This document shows, piece by piece, positions 1 to 10,740 of a stretch of 64,000 bases of DNA. How positions within the stretch are numbered: position 1 is the stretch's first letter; each line of letters begins with the position of its first letter. The position numbers and the translations under genes are program-made. This DNA comes from Malacoraja senta. Taxonomy: Eukaryota. The stretch covers positions 12,402,001 to 12,466,000 of the forward strand of contig CM075988.1 of NCBI GenBank assembly GCA_038087875.1. Direction: 5' to 3'. The notes under the pieces are model-generated. The model did no database searches, was not told where the DNA came from, and was given only the letters and a program-made list of their open reading frames with translations.

Positions 1-267
1 CTTTTGACTGAGTGGAAACAGACATTTTTTCTACATTAAGAAACAAGAATAGTAAAGACATTTTGAAACAATACAGAAGTTGGATGTATGCTAGCATGAC
101 ATCCCATGACAAACTGAGATCAAGCAGGTTCAAATTATTTCCTTGGGCTACAAAATGCTAGATTATTTCCTCTGATGACACTGAGCTTGCCAATTATGAG
201 TTACCCAGTCAGATTTAATTTAGGTGATATTTATCAGACTGCGGTCTCGAGGAACATATACCAAGCA

Positions 268-895
268 TTAGATAGATACAAAATGCTGGAGAAATTCAGC
301 GGGACAGGCAGCATCTCGGGATAGGAATGGATGACGTTTCGGATCGAGACCCTTGTTCAGACTGAGTCAGGGAAGAGGGAGAAACAGAGATAAGGAAGTG
401 TAAGGTATGAAAATGTGCCAAAGGGGATGGAGAATAAGGAAAATGTAGATTAGGTCATTGTTAGATGGATTAATGGGAGGTGGTCTGGGAAGGATGCTCC
501 TCAAACTGCAGAGCATCCTGGACAATACAGCTCACCCCTCCATGACACATTGGTCAACCTGAAAATTACCTTCAGCAACAGACTGGTTCCACCAAGATGC
601 AGGACAGAACACCACATGAGATCCTTCTTCCCTGTGGCTATCAAACTGTACTACTCCTCCCTCTTCTGTCATGGGGTAGACTGCTTCCCCTCCCCTCCCC
701 TCCCCAATCTTTGCACATCCCCAATCCTTTCCACTCATCAATTTAATTAATTTTATGTTCCATGTATTTTGTGTTTTTAGCAGCTGGGATGAATAAAATT
801 CTATCATATCGCATCGTATTGTTAGTTAGGAGAAGGTAACAATCAACCAAACAGAGATAAAGTGTAATCAAGGACAGTCAGACTGGTCGGACTGC
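268..895 (-). mobile_element. Penelope-derived terminal-repeat element with hammerhead motif, split by a Rex1 insertion
   Basis: Family motif ...aaatgctggagaaattcagcgggacaggcagcatct...gacgtttcggatcgagacccttgttcagact, followed by a purine-rich stretch that resumes after 825 and matches 63085-63400. Confidence 0.7.
465..817 (+). mobile_element. Rex1/Babar LINE 3' fragment
   Basis: Translates to FSNRLVPPRCRTEHHMRSFFPVAIKLY, a Rex1-type ORF C-terminus. 3' UTR ends in aataaa plus short-repeat tail. TSD attgttag at 457-464 and 818-825. Confidence 0.7.
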
Positions 896-1023
896 TCTTA
901 ACCAGCTTTTTCTTGATGATATGATCATAGAGAAATGCTCCTCGGCAATGTAGTAAATTGGTCAATGGTATTAGTATTGGCTTATTGTTGCCATGTGTGA
1001 TGAGATACAGTGAACAACTATTT

Positions 1024-1336
1024 GGGCAGCACAGTGGCGCAGCAGTGGAGTTGCTGCATTACTGGGCCTGAGATCCGGGTTTTGATACGGACTATGAGTG
1101 ATTGTCTGCACGGAGGTTGTACATTCTCCCCATGACCTGTGTGGGTTTTCTCCGGGTACTCCGCTATCCTCCCACACTCCAAAGACGTACAGATTTGTAG
1201 GTTGATCAGCTTGGTATAATTGTAAATTGTCCCTAGTTTGTGTCAGATAGCGTTAGTGTGCGGGGATCGCTAGTCAGTGCAGACTCGGTGGGCTAAAGGG
1301 CCTGTTATTTGTGCTGCATCTCTAAACTAAGCTAAC
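1024..1336 (+). mobile_element. HE1-type tRNA-derived V-SINE
   Basis: gggcagcacagtggcgcagc head, V-domain (gtgggttttctccggg...cctcccacactccaaagacgtacag), CR1-like tail ending ctctaaactaa. Confidence 0.85.
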
Positions 1337-1623
1337 TCATGTCATAATGTGTGACAGTAAACATATGGATCATGGAAAGTTGCACTATTCTACATTTTCG
1401 CCACTATAGTTTTAATTGAAAAGTTTAAACTCTGCCTTTCATTGATTGAGGCTGAAACTAAAAATCTCATTAAAGCCATTTGGTATGACCGGTCCACTCT
1501 GTGGCAGAGAACAGACCCCAAGGTGTCTCAGTGTCAGTGTGTGGTAGTGAGCTGCTTTATCTCTCCACATTCATAAATTCAGCTTCCATCTGGTACAAAT
1601 TGTTTCTGCGTCTCCAGGCACTT

Positions 1624-1639
1624 GTGTGTGTGTGTGTGT
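1624..1639. repeat. (TG)n microsatellite
   Basis: Direct reading. Confidence 0.9.
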
Positions 1640-1852
1640 TTTTACCTCTCTGATTCAGTCTCCTCTTGCATCTGTTTGTTTGCAAGGCCCCCTCAAGGCT
1701 ACTGCATAACCCTCTGAAACTAAGTGGAAAAAAAACTTGTTTTAAGCAATTTGAATAAGAAGAGTCAGAGATGTTATCATGAGATTAAGGGAATCGTAGC
1801 AATGAGTAGTTAAAAGGTGAGCAAAAACTCTGGAGCCATTGTTGACGAAAAA

Positions 1853-2026
1853 CATAGACCATGGAATAATACAGCTCAGGAATAGACCCTTCAGCCCACA
1901 TTGTCCTAGCTGAACATGATACCAAATTAAACTAATGTCCTCTGCCGGCACGTGATCCATATCCCTCCATTTCTTGCATATTCACGTGCTAAACCTCTTG
2001 AATGCCACCGTCTTATCTGCCTCCAG
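1853..2026 (-). mobile_element. CR1 LINE 3' end fragment
   Basis: Reverse complement of the CR1 3' UTR (cccttcagccca..., atccatatccctcc) seen in other copies. Confidence 0.6.
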
Positions 2027-2034
2027 CAGATGTT

Positions 2035-2520
2035 AGCAGGGGTGATGTTATAGAGGTGTATAAAATCTTGAGGGGAATAGATAAGTTGAATACACAGTCT
2101 TTAACCCAGGATCAGGTAATCAAGAAGTGCAGGAAGGAACTGCAGATGCTGGTTTAAACCGAAGGGTCTCGACCCAAAACGTCATCTATTCCTTTTCTCC
2201 AGAGAATCCTGTCTGACCCACTGTTACTCCAGTTTTTTGTGTCTATCTAGGGTAATCAAGAACCTAGGTGTAAGATAAGAGGGGAGAGATTTAATAGGCA
2301 CCTGAGGGGAATTTTCATTTCACTCAGAAGGTAGTAAGTATATGGGATCAGCTGTCAGAGAAGGTAGTTGAGGACAGCACTTTAAAGACACTGGGACAGG
2401 TAAATGAATAGAAAAGGTTGAGAAGGATATGGGCCAAACGCAGGTAGATGGGGTATCTTGGTCGGCATGTACGATTTGGGGCAAAATTGCTTGTTTCTGT
2501 GCTGCAATACTCTATGAATC
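2035..2520 (+). mobile_element. CR1 LINE 3' fragment interrupted by a Penelope-derived insert
   Basis: ggggtgatgttatagaggtgtataaaatc (GD.IEVYKI) through 3' UTR ...tactctatga. Confidence 0.75.
2127..2250. mobile_element. Short Penelope-derived fold-back insert
   Basis: Two oppositely oriented pieces of the hammerhead-element family. TSD ggtaatcaagaa at 2115-2126 and 2251-2262. Confidence 0.75.
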
Positions 2521-3057
2521 TTTGATTCTAAGTCCTGCCCGGAATTGGCCAATGTTTCCATCCGCAGTGTGGCCGATTTCTTCTCACAGTCCAACTAATT
2601 TCAACACTGCCATGGAAAATAGAGTGAAGGATTGCTTAATTTACCAAGGACTGCTTGAAATAAAAGCAGTGTTTATCCAGTGTCACCTCACTTATTTTAT
2701 ATAGAGAAATGCAGTGGTCCTTCTGTGAGCACTGCTTCATAATGAGAGTTTGTGTGGTCTAGTCTGGCATTGAGCAAAAATGGCCTTGCTGTGCTTCATT
2801 CTGAGGATGGAAAAACTAGATTCACACTGTGCTAAATAATAGCTGGAATATCAATGTGAAGCAAAACCATTTGGTGCTCTTGCTGTGGTTTCACCAGACC
2901 ATAACAAGTGACTGAGTGTTATCTGAAGCACCATCTGCCGATATTGGAACTCAGTATGTTTGCGTTTTCCGCTTGGTGCCAAATGTTGTTCATGCCCATT
3001 GCTTTCATTCCAGGGTTCTACATTGGACCAAGTGAGTACCTTCAAAGAATGTTAAGT

Positions 3058-3190
3058 AGTTTAATTCAGCTTAGAGATACAGCACAGAAACAGGGTTGTA
3101 TGCACTGACCAGCGAACACCACACATCCACACTATCCTACACTAGGGACAATGTTTACATTTATACCAAGCCAATTAATCTACAAACCTG
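3058..3190 (-). mobile_element. HE1-type SINE 3' fragment
   Basis: ttagagatacagc...actagggacaa...ccaagccaattaatctacaaacctg. Confidence 0.75.
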
Positions 3191-3320
3191 TAGGAAGGAA
3201 CTGTAGATGCTGGTTTAAACTGAAGATAGACATAAAATGCTGAAGTAACTCAGTGGGACAGGCAGCATCTCTGGAGAGAAGGAATGGGTGATGTTTCGGG
3301 GCGAGAACCTTTTACAGTCC
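3190..3320 (-). mobile_element. Penelope-derived hammerhead element
   Basis: taggaaggaactgtagatgctggtttaa...aactcagtgggacaggcagcatctctggagagaaggaatgggtgatgtttcggg. Confidence 0.75.
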
Positions 3321-3568
3321 GAAATATATATATACAAATATATATATGTACAAAAAAGTACCAAGAACCAATGCTCTAATAAAAACTTGGTGAATGTGAA
3401 ACCAATTTTCCATTCAGCTTCAAATGGTTTACATTTTACTTCTCATTGGATGTCCACTTTTTTCATTCTGTTCAAACTGAAAAAAATCACTGCTTCAGAT
3501 TTATCCCACCACTGCGATTACTTTTCTTGTCTTCTGAGAAATTACAGACCTGCCCCATATTTTTATAT

Positions 3569-3617
3569 ACACACACACACGCGCACGCATGCACACACAC
3601 ACACACACACACACACA
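3569..3617. repeat. Interrupted (CA)n microsatellite
   Basis: Direct reading. Confidence 0.9.
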
Positions 3618-4024
3618 ATATATATATTATGAAGTACCAGCACAAGGCATTTGAGTGGCATCTTATTTATTTTCATAAATCTTTCCAATCAATTAACATT
3701 GGGAAAGAATTTGCTGCTGCATGTTTGTGACAAATTTTGACAAATATGCCACACAAATTGATTAATAAAATTAGATGTTGTCCATGAAAATGAGTGTTGC
3801 ACCAATTGGCTTGAGTGAACTGTCGGATGATGTATTCCTAGGTTCAGCTTCTCACAATCACTCCTCTCAACAGATCATTTATAATAAATTCCTTTGTTTG
3901 ATGGAACCATGTTGCAAAATAACTTGATTTTTACACAATTTACAGATACAATTGCAGTTTAAAAATAAATAACTCTGGAACCTAGTTAGCTTTGAATTTG
4001 CACAGACATGGTGAAAACTTGCTC

Positions 4025-4352
4025 TTTACTTTAGACTTCAAACCTTAGAGGTACAGCCTGGAAACAGGCCTTTCAGCCCACTGGGTCCATGCCGACTAGC
4101 GATCATCCTGTACACTAGCACTTTCCTACACGCACTAGGAACAATTTACAATTTTTCTTTTACCAATGCCAATTAATCTGCAAACCTGCACGTCTTTTTA
4201 GTGTGGGAGGAAACCGGAGCACCCGGAGAAAACCCACACCGTCACAGCGAGAACGTGCAAACTCCAGACGGACAGCACCCGTAGTCAGGATCAAACCCAG
4301 GTCTCTGGCACTATGAATCAGCAACTCTACTGCTGCACCACTGTGCCGCCCT
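4025..4352 (-). mobile_element. HE1-type V-SINE, full length
   Basis: Reverse complement of the head (gggcggcacagtggtgcagcagtagagttgctg; B-box-like gggtttgatcc), V-domain and tail. Confidence 0.9.
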
Positions 4353-5045
4353 ATTTTATATCCTTGAATCAAAATGTTTAACTTGAAATCACAATCTTAG
4401 CCTAGAAGCGGCCCAAGAACAACTTGTGCTAGTCAAATCATTCCATTGACGTGACTTGATGTCATCCAGTGTTAAATTACAGTTATCCTGCCTCTCTTGT
4501 GTGGGTGTGATTTTAAAAATAGGACTGCGTCACTTTAGCGTGGAATGTGTCGTGCAGCTGCTCTGGGTCTAACTGCTAATGTAATGCTGACTTGCAGCTG
4601 CCCTGCATCCATCAGGAACAGGATTGTGATTGGTGAAACTCACTTATCATCAGACCTTTGCAGTCTCCAGAGAGTCACTACCATTCCGTTTTAAAACTAT
4701 GTTCCAGATGTGAAGCACAGCCCTCTGTGAAACAATCTCCTTTAGCGGTATATGTACATGCGTCTGAGCCTCATTCTTGCATTTTCTGTCATTAATGTTT
4801 GGCTTTTTCACAACTCTATTCTGCCATCACAATGAGCTGGATCGTGCCTGCAAGGAATCTACAGCTCTGTTTTTAAATCCGATAGCTATTTTCCATTATG
4901 GTCTGATATCTTGTGAAGCAACGCCATATCTGACTTGCGTGGTAAACTACCTAGTTCAGTAGCCCCTGATCTTCCTGTCACCACCTTACTCCATAATTTC
5001 CCTGTGAAGTACCTTGAAAAGATTGCATCAATTGTTTATGGTGAA

Positions 5046-5251
5046 CCATGCACGCACCATGCACGCACCATGCACGCACCATGCACGCACCATGCACGCA
5101 CCATGCACGCACCATGCACGCACCATGCACGCACCATGCACACACCATGCACGCACCATGCACGGACCCTTGCATGCACCATGCACGGACCATGCACGGA
5201 CCATGCACACACAATGCACACACCATGCACGGACCATGCACGGACCATGCA
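5046..5251. repeat. 11-bp minisatellite (CCATGCACGCA), about 18.5 copies
   Basis: First 8 units perfect; later variants CCATGCACACA and CCATGCACGGA. Confidence 0.95.
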
Positions 5252-6134
5252 GAACCTTCAGAACACTTGCTGCCAATTACACATCCTATCCAGATCGATT
5301 AAGCAATCTGGTAATCGATATGATTACCAGATTTGGTATGACTTCAGAGTTAGAACTCTGATTCTTAAATCCTTTCCCTGATATAATCTTATCATTTTCA
5401 GTAAATTATTTGGGTTATACAAACCATCATTTTTTTGGGGGGGGGGGTTTTAGTCATTGATTTAAAAGATAGAATATGTACTTTATCTACCTGGTTTATC
5501 GACAAGTTTATCTCTGGGGTTATGCTCTGAAGCAGCACAGGTTGCTTCTGATTTAGCCTGCATGGCAAGGCTGGAAACCAAGAAATCCATTCGGATTTGG
5601 GAGCAAATCCTAGGAACTGCTTAGGGACATATGAACTAAGAGCAAGAGTCAACCCCTCAACCCCCGAGCCTCTTTCACTCACTGTCCAGAGTTGGTGCTG
5701 GTGGCAGTGTGGGTTTCACATTTGCCAATATTGATCTCAGTCAGGTGTTGGTTCATTGGCTCGGATTATATGTCAAAAGAAATTGTAGGGCTAGTAGGAA
5801 ATTACTTGTGTGTTTGACTGCTATGTACAGCTAGTAAGATGTACCGATGCCTTTTTTTCATGAATGTAAAAATTCACTTAAATCTCTGTCCGCGGATGGA
5901 TATTGCCGTAACTGATTATACCCTCCGGGGATAATAATATCACATGGTTGAATGGATCCTTTACTTTCATATTCTAACAGCTTATAAATGTAAGCCCTTG
6001 GTTTAAAATTCAGGTAATTCATGGAAGCTTCACATTCCAAAGCTGCCAGAAATCACTGCGTAAGTAGTTAAGATGGACACACATTACGCATGTAATATTA
6101 CATCTCGTTTTAATGTGGGTACCATTGAGATTAA

Positions 6135-6420
6135 TTTAGTTCAGTTTAGTTCAGAGATACAGCGCAGAAACAGGCGCTTCGGCTCACAGAGCACACCGAC
6201 CAGCGTTCCCCACAAATTAACACTATCCTACACTGGGGACAATTTTTGCCATATACCAAGCCAATTAACCTACAAACCTGTGGGAGGTAACCAATGTCCT
6301 CAGAGAAAGCCCGTGTGGTCACAGGGAGAAGGTACAGACAAGCACCCATAGCCAGGATCGAACCCGGGTCTCTGCCGCTGTAAGTGCTGTAAGGCAGGAA
6401 CTCTACTGCTGCACCACCGT
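6135..6420 (-). mobile_element. HE1-type V-SINE
   Basis: Same family as 4025-4352. Confidence 0.85.
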
Positions 6421-6798
6421 GTTAATCCAATCTATAAAATGATCATGTAAACTATTTCCATAATAACAACCGGTTAGGATCCATTATAGGCAATCGGTCA
6501 CATTGTGTAGCTGTTTGGTCTGAGAGAAACACCAGCATTTATATATTGTACATCTAAAAGGAAGCAAGTTATAATGTAATAACTCGCACATTCTTACAAC
6601 ATAGAAGGAGGCTATTTGACCTATCAAGTCTCCAATTGAGACCAACCAATTGAGTTTTCCACGTTTCCCATTAACTATGTTCTATCACATGCATATCAAC
6701 TCCCTACCGATTCTTCTGTTCCCAGCTACGGCAGCGGTAATATACAGTTGAAAATTAATCAACTAGCATGCCTTGGGATGAGGTGGAAAACTGGAGCA

Positions 6799-7440
6799 CT
6801 AGCATTTATATCAAGAGGACTGGAATACAAAAACAGAGATGTAATGCTGAGGCTCTATAAGGTGCTGGTCAGGGTGCATTTGGAGTACTGTGAGCAAATA
6901 TGGGCCCCATATCTGAGGAAGGAAGTGTTGGACGGATGTGTTGGCTCTGGAGAGCGTCCAGAGGAGGTTTACAATAATTATTCCAGGAATGAGTGGGTTA
7001 GCATATGATGAGCGTTTGACAGCACTAGGCCTCTACTCGCTGAAGTTTAGAAGGTTGAGGGGGGACCTCATTGAAATTTACAGAATAATGAAAGGCATAG
7101 ATAGAGTGGATGTGGAAAGGATGTTTCCACTGGTGGGAGAGTCTCAGACCTGAGGTCATAGCCTCAGAATTATAGGACGCTCTTTTAGAAAGGAGGTGAG
7201 GGGGAATTTCTTTAGTCACAGGATAGTTAATCAGTCGAACTCATTGCCACAGAGAGCTGTGGGGGCCAAGTCAGTGGATATTTTTAAGGCAGAGATAAAC
7301 AAATTCTTGATTAGAACGGGTGTCAGGGTTATGGGGAGAAGGCAGGAAAATGGGATTAGGAGGCAGAGATCAGCCATGATTGAATGGCAGAGTTGACTCG
7401 ATGAGCTGAATCGCCTAATTCTACTCCTATAACTTGTGAA
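6799..7440 (+). mobile_element. CR1 (HER1-like) LINE 3' fragment, inserted in an older minus-strand SINE
   Basis: LAFISRGLEYKNRDVMLRLYKVLVR.HLEYC...VQRRFT...LRGDLIE.Y with frameshifts, then 3' UTR. SINE remnants at about 6600-6798 and 7441-7490. Confidence 0.9.
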
Positions 7441-7579
7441 CGTGAAAACCCACACTGTCACAGGGAGAATAAGAAATCCCCACGCACGTTTAATGAAGAG
7501 ATACAGCATGGAAAAAAGGCCCTTCAGCTCACCAAGTCCACAATGACCATCCCGACCAGTTCATGTTTGTTCAATGTTA

Positions 7580-8118
7580 TCAAACTTGGAGAGGTTGCAG
7601 TAGAGGTTTACCAATTGAACTATAGGGTATTAGCTATAAGGAGAGGTAGGTCAAACTTGCATTGTCTTTTTCTGGAATGTAGGAGTTTGAGGCAAGACCT
7701 GAGAGAATGTACAGTACAAAATTACAGGAGGCTTAGATAGGGTAGACAGTCAGAACTTTGAACCCAGTGTGGAAAATATCAAGGACAGGTGGGCATAGAT
7801 TTCTGGTGAGAGGGGCACAGTTTAAAGGTGATGTGCGGAACAAGTTTCTTTTTCATGCTGAGTGGTGGGTGTCAGGAACGTGCTATAAGGAGAGGTTGGA
7901 AAAACTTGGTGCACCGGAGGCTGAGGGGAGACCAGGTAAAAGTTGATAAAGTTATGATAGGATAGATAGCTATAATCTTTTCCTCAGAATGAAAACGTCA
8001 AATCTGGAACAATTCTTTTATGCAGAGAGTAGTAACCTGGAACACATTGCTAGCTATGGTGGTGAGTGGAGAGAAGATGGCATTACTTAAGAGGCTTTTA
8101 GATGGGTACATGGATATA
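7580..8118 (+). mobile_element. Degenerate CR1 fragments; host of the Tc1 insertion
   Basis: gctataaggagagg..., aggctgaggggagacc; the CR1 3' UTR resumes at about 9760-9835. Confidence 0.65.
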
Positions 8119-9757
8119 CAGTGCCCTCCATAATGTTTGGGATAAACACCCACCACTTATTTATTTGCCTCTGTACTCCACAATTTGAGATTTATAATAG
8201 AAAAAGTCAATGGTTATAGTCTGCACATTGTCAAATTTTAATAATTTTTTTATACATTTTGGTTTCACCATGTAGAAATTACAGCAGTGTTTATATATCG
8301 TCCTCCCATTTCAGCGCACCATAATGTTTGGGACACAGCAATGTCATGTAAATGAAAATAGTCATGTTTAGCATTGTGTTGCATATCCTTTGATTGCAAT
8401 GACTGCTTGAAGTCTGCGATTCATGGACATCACCAGTTGCTGGGTGTCTTCTCTGGTGATGCTCTGCCAGGTCTGTATTGCAGCCATCTTTAACTTATGC
8501 TTGTTTTGGGGCCTAGTCCCCTTCAGTTTTCTCTTCAGCATATAAAAGGCATGCTCAATTGGGTTCAGATCGGGTGATTGACTTGGCCATTCAAGAATTG
8601 ACCTTTTTTTAGCTTTGAAAAACTCCTTTGTTGCTTTAACAGTATGTTTGGGATCATTGTCTTACTATAGAATGAACTGCCGGCCAATGGGTTTTGAGGC
8701 ATTTGTTTGAACTTGAGCAGATAGGATGTGTCTATACACTTCAGAATTCATTATGCTACTGCCATCAGCAGTTGTATCATCAATGAAGATAAGTGAGCCA
8801 GTACCTTCAGTAGCCAAGCATGCCCAGGCCATAACACCCCCACCACCATGTTTCACAGATGAGGTGGTATGCTTTGGATCTTGGGCAGTTCCTTCTCTCC
8901 TCCACAATTTGCTCTTGCCATCAGTCTGATATAATTTAATCTTCATCTCATCTGTCCACAAGAACTTTTTCCAGAATTGCAGTTGCTCTTTTAAGTACTT
9001 CTTGGCAAACTGTAACCTGGCCATCCTATTTATGCAGCTAACCAGTGGTTTGTATCTTGCAATATAGCCTCTGTATGTCCGTTCATTAAGTTTTCTGCAG
9101 ACAGTGGTCATTGACAAATCCACACCTGATTCCTGAGGAGTGTTTCTGATCTGTCGGACAGGTGTTTGGGGATTTTTCTTTATTATAGAGAGAATTCTTC
9201 TGTCATCAGCTGTGGAGGTCTTCCTTGGCCTGCCAATCCCTTTGAGATTAGTAAGTACTTTCTTTATTTTTAATGATGTTCCAAACAGTTGATGTTAGTA
9301 AGCCTAAGGTTTGGCTGATGTCTCTAACAGTTTTATTCTTGTTTCTCAGTCTCATAATGGCTTCTTTGACTTTCATTGGCACAACTTTGGTCCTCATGTT
9401 GATAAACAGCAATAAAAGTTTCCAAAGGTGATGGAAAGACTGGAGGAAAGACTAGGTGCTGAGAGCTCTCTTATACCTGCATTAAGGAGGCATTTAAACA
9501 CACCTGAGCAATTACAAACACCTGTGAAGCCATGTGTCCCAAACATTACGGTGCCCTGAAATGGGGGGACTATGTTTAAACACAGCTGTAATTTTTACAT
9601 GGTGAAACCAAAATGTATAAAAATATCCTTTAATAAAATCTGACAATGTGCACTTAAACCACATGTGATTTTTTTCTATTACAAATCTCAAATTGTGGAG
9701 TACAGAGGTAAATAAATAAATGATGGGTCTTTGTCCCAAACATTATGGAAGGCACTT
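8119..9757 (-). mobile_element. Tc1-family DNA transposon, full length, IR/DR-type TIRs of about 220 bp
   Basis: Left TA|CAGTGCCCTCCATAATGTTTGGGA mirrors right TCCCAAACATTATGGAAGGCACT. Inner direct repeats at about 8320-8338 and 9533-9552. Transposase lies between them; the right terminal bases and TA are eroded. Confidence 0.95.
8368..9397 (-). pseudogene. Tc1-like transposase (DD34E), disrupted
   Basis: MRTKVVPMKVKEAIMRLR..., LWTDE, KHGGGGVMAW, FIL**DNDPKHT...WPSQSPDLNPIE (34 residues between D and E), ends AVIAIKGYATQC*. In-frame TAG TAA at 8662-8667. Confidence 0.93.
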
Positions 9758-10199
9758 CAATAGGGAATGGTAGCAGTTGATTCATGTGCATGCAGAATGA
9801 TTTACTTTAGTCTGGCATCATGTTCGGTACAGAATTTAGGTTTCCTTTAAAACATACCAGGTGACCTTCTTTACACAGCTGTGTTTAATAAGGCATTGAC
9901 TCATGAATTATCCTTTAGTACTGCTTTGGTCGAGTTCATATGTTTGGATCCTGAATTAAGAATTGAAATAGCTTTAGATGAAAAGTGAAGCAAGCAGATA
10001 TGGAAATCAAGATATATATCTTTTTTTTCTTCAAAGATTCCAAAACCATGAGGGACTAGAATTGTTGTTATTGTTCTGGTTAAATGGCCCAAATAATCTG
10101 TGAAAAAAGATATGAAGAACATTGAATTTGTGAAGCTGAATGGGAGGAGCAGGAGCGGGTAATATTGCCCTGTGAGCCAACTTCTTCATTCAATATGGT

Positions 10200-10740
10200 T
10201 TAAAAAGACACAAAGAGCTGGAGTAGCTCAACAGGTCAGGCAACAAAAGACAGACATAAAAGGCTGGAGTAACTCAGCGGGTCAGGCGGCATCTCTGGAG
10301 AATAGGCATAGGTGACGTTTCGGGTCGAGACCCTTCTTCAGACTGAGAGTCAGGGGAAAAGAGAATGAGAGAAATAGACGGTACTGAGGAGAAATGAATG
10401 GAATTCATGCAAAAGGCTGGTGAGCAGGAGGATTCACAGGGGGGGGGGGGTGCAGCAACAGAGAGTGTTGCAGTACTCTTGACGGAGAGAGGGATACCCC
10501 TCTGGAGAACATGAATAGGTGACGTTTCAGGTTGGGACCCTTCTTCAGTCATGATTATGGATGTGGGGCATGGGGTGAAGACAACTGGAAGAGAGGAGAG
10601 GCAGGACCGAGCACGGCAGGGCGCAGATGAGGGGGAGTTGATAGGCAGATGGATGGAACAAAGGCCAGATATTAAAACAGCATGTGTGGGACAGCGACGG
10701 ATTGAAGAGTTTCAAATTGTGAAGCCAGAGGAAGGAAGGT
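10200..10740 (-). mobile_element. Penelope-derived element with tandem partial terminal repeats
   Basis: Family motif occurs three times (about 10205, 10255, 10500), with hammerhead cores near 10314 and 10521. tatggtt at both flanks. Confidence 0.75.
10314..10341 (-). ncRNA. Minimal type I hammerhead ribozyme motif
   Basis: Minus strand reads CUGAAGA-A-GGGU-CUCG-ACCC-GAAAC-GUC: catalytic boxes, stem II, palindromic ACGU in place of stem III, GUC cleavage triplet. Confidence 0.7.

Noticed and set aside
5046..5251. CRISPR-like array
   Set aside because: Contiguous tandem units without unique spacers, no cas genes, vertebrate context. The same applies to 39079-39229.
4935..5381. Overlapping His/Cys-rich ORFs (HHARTMHAPCT repeats)
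   Set aside because: Artefact of a stop-free 11-bp minisatellite read in all six frames.
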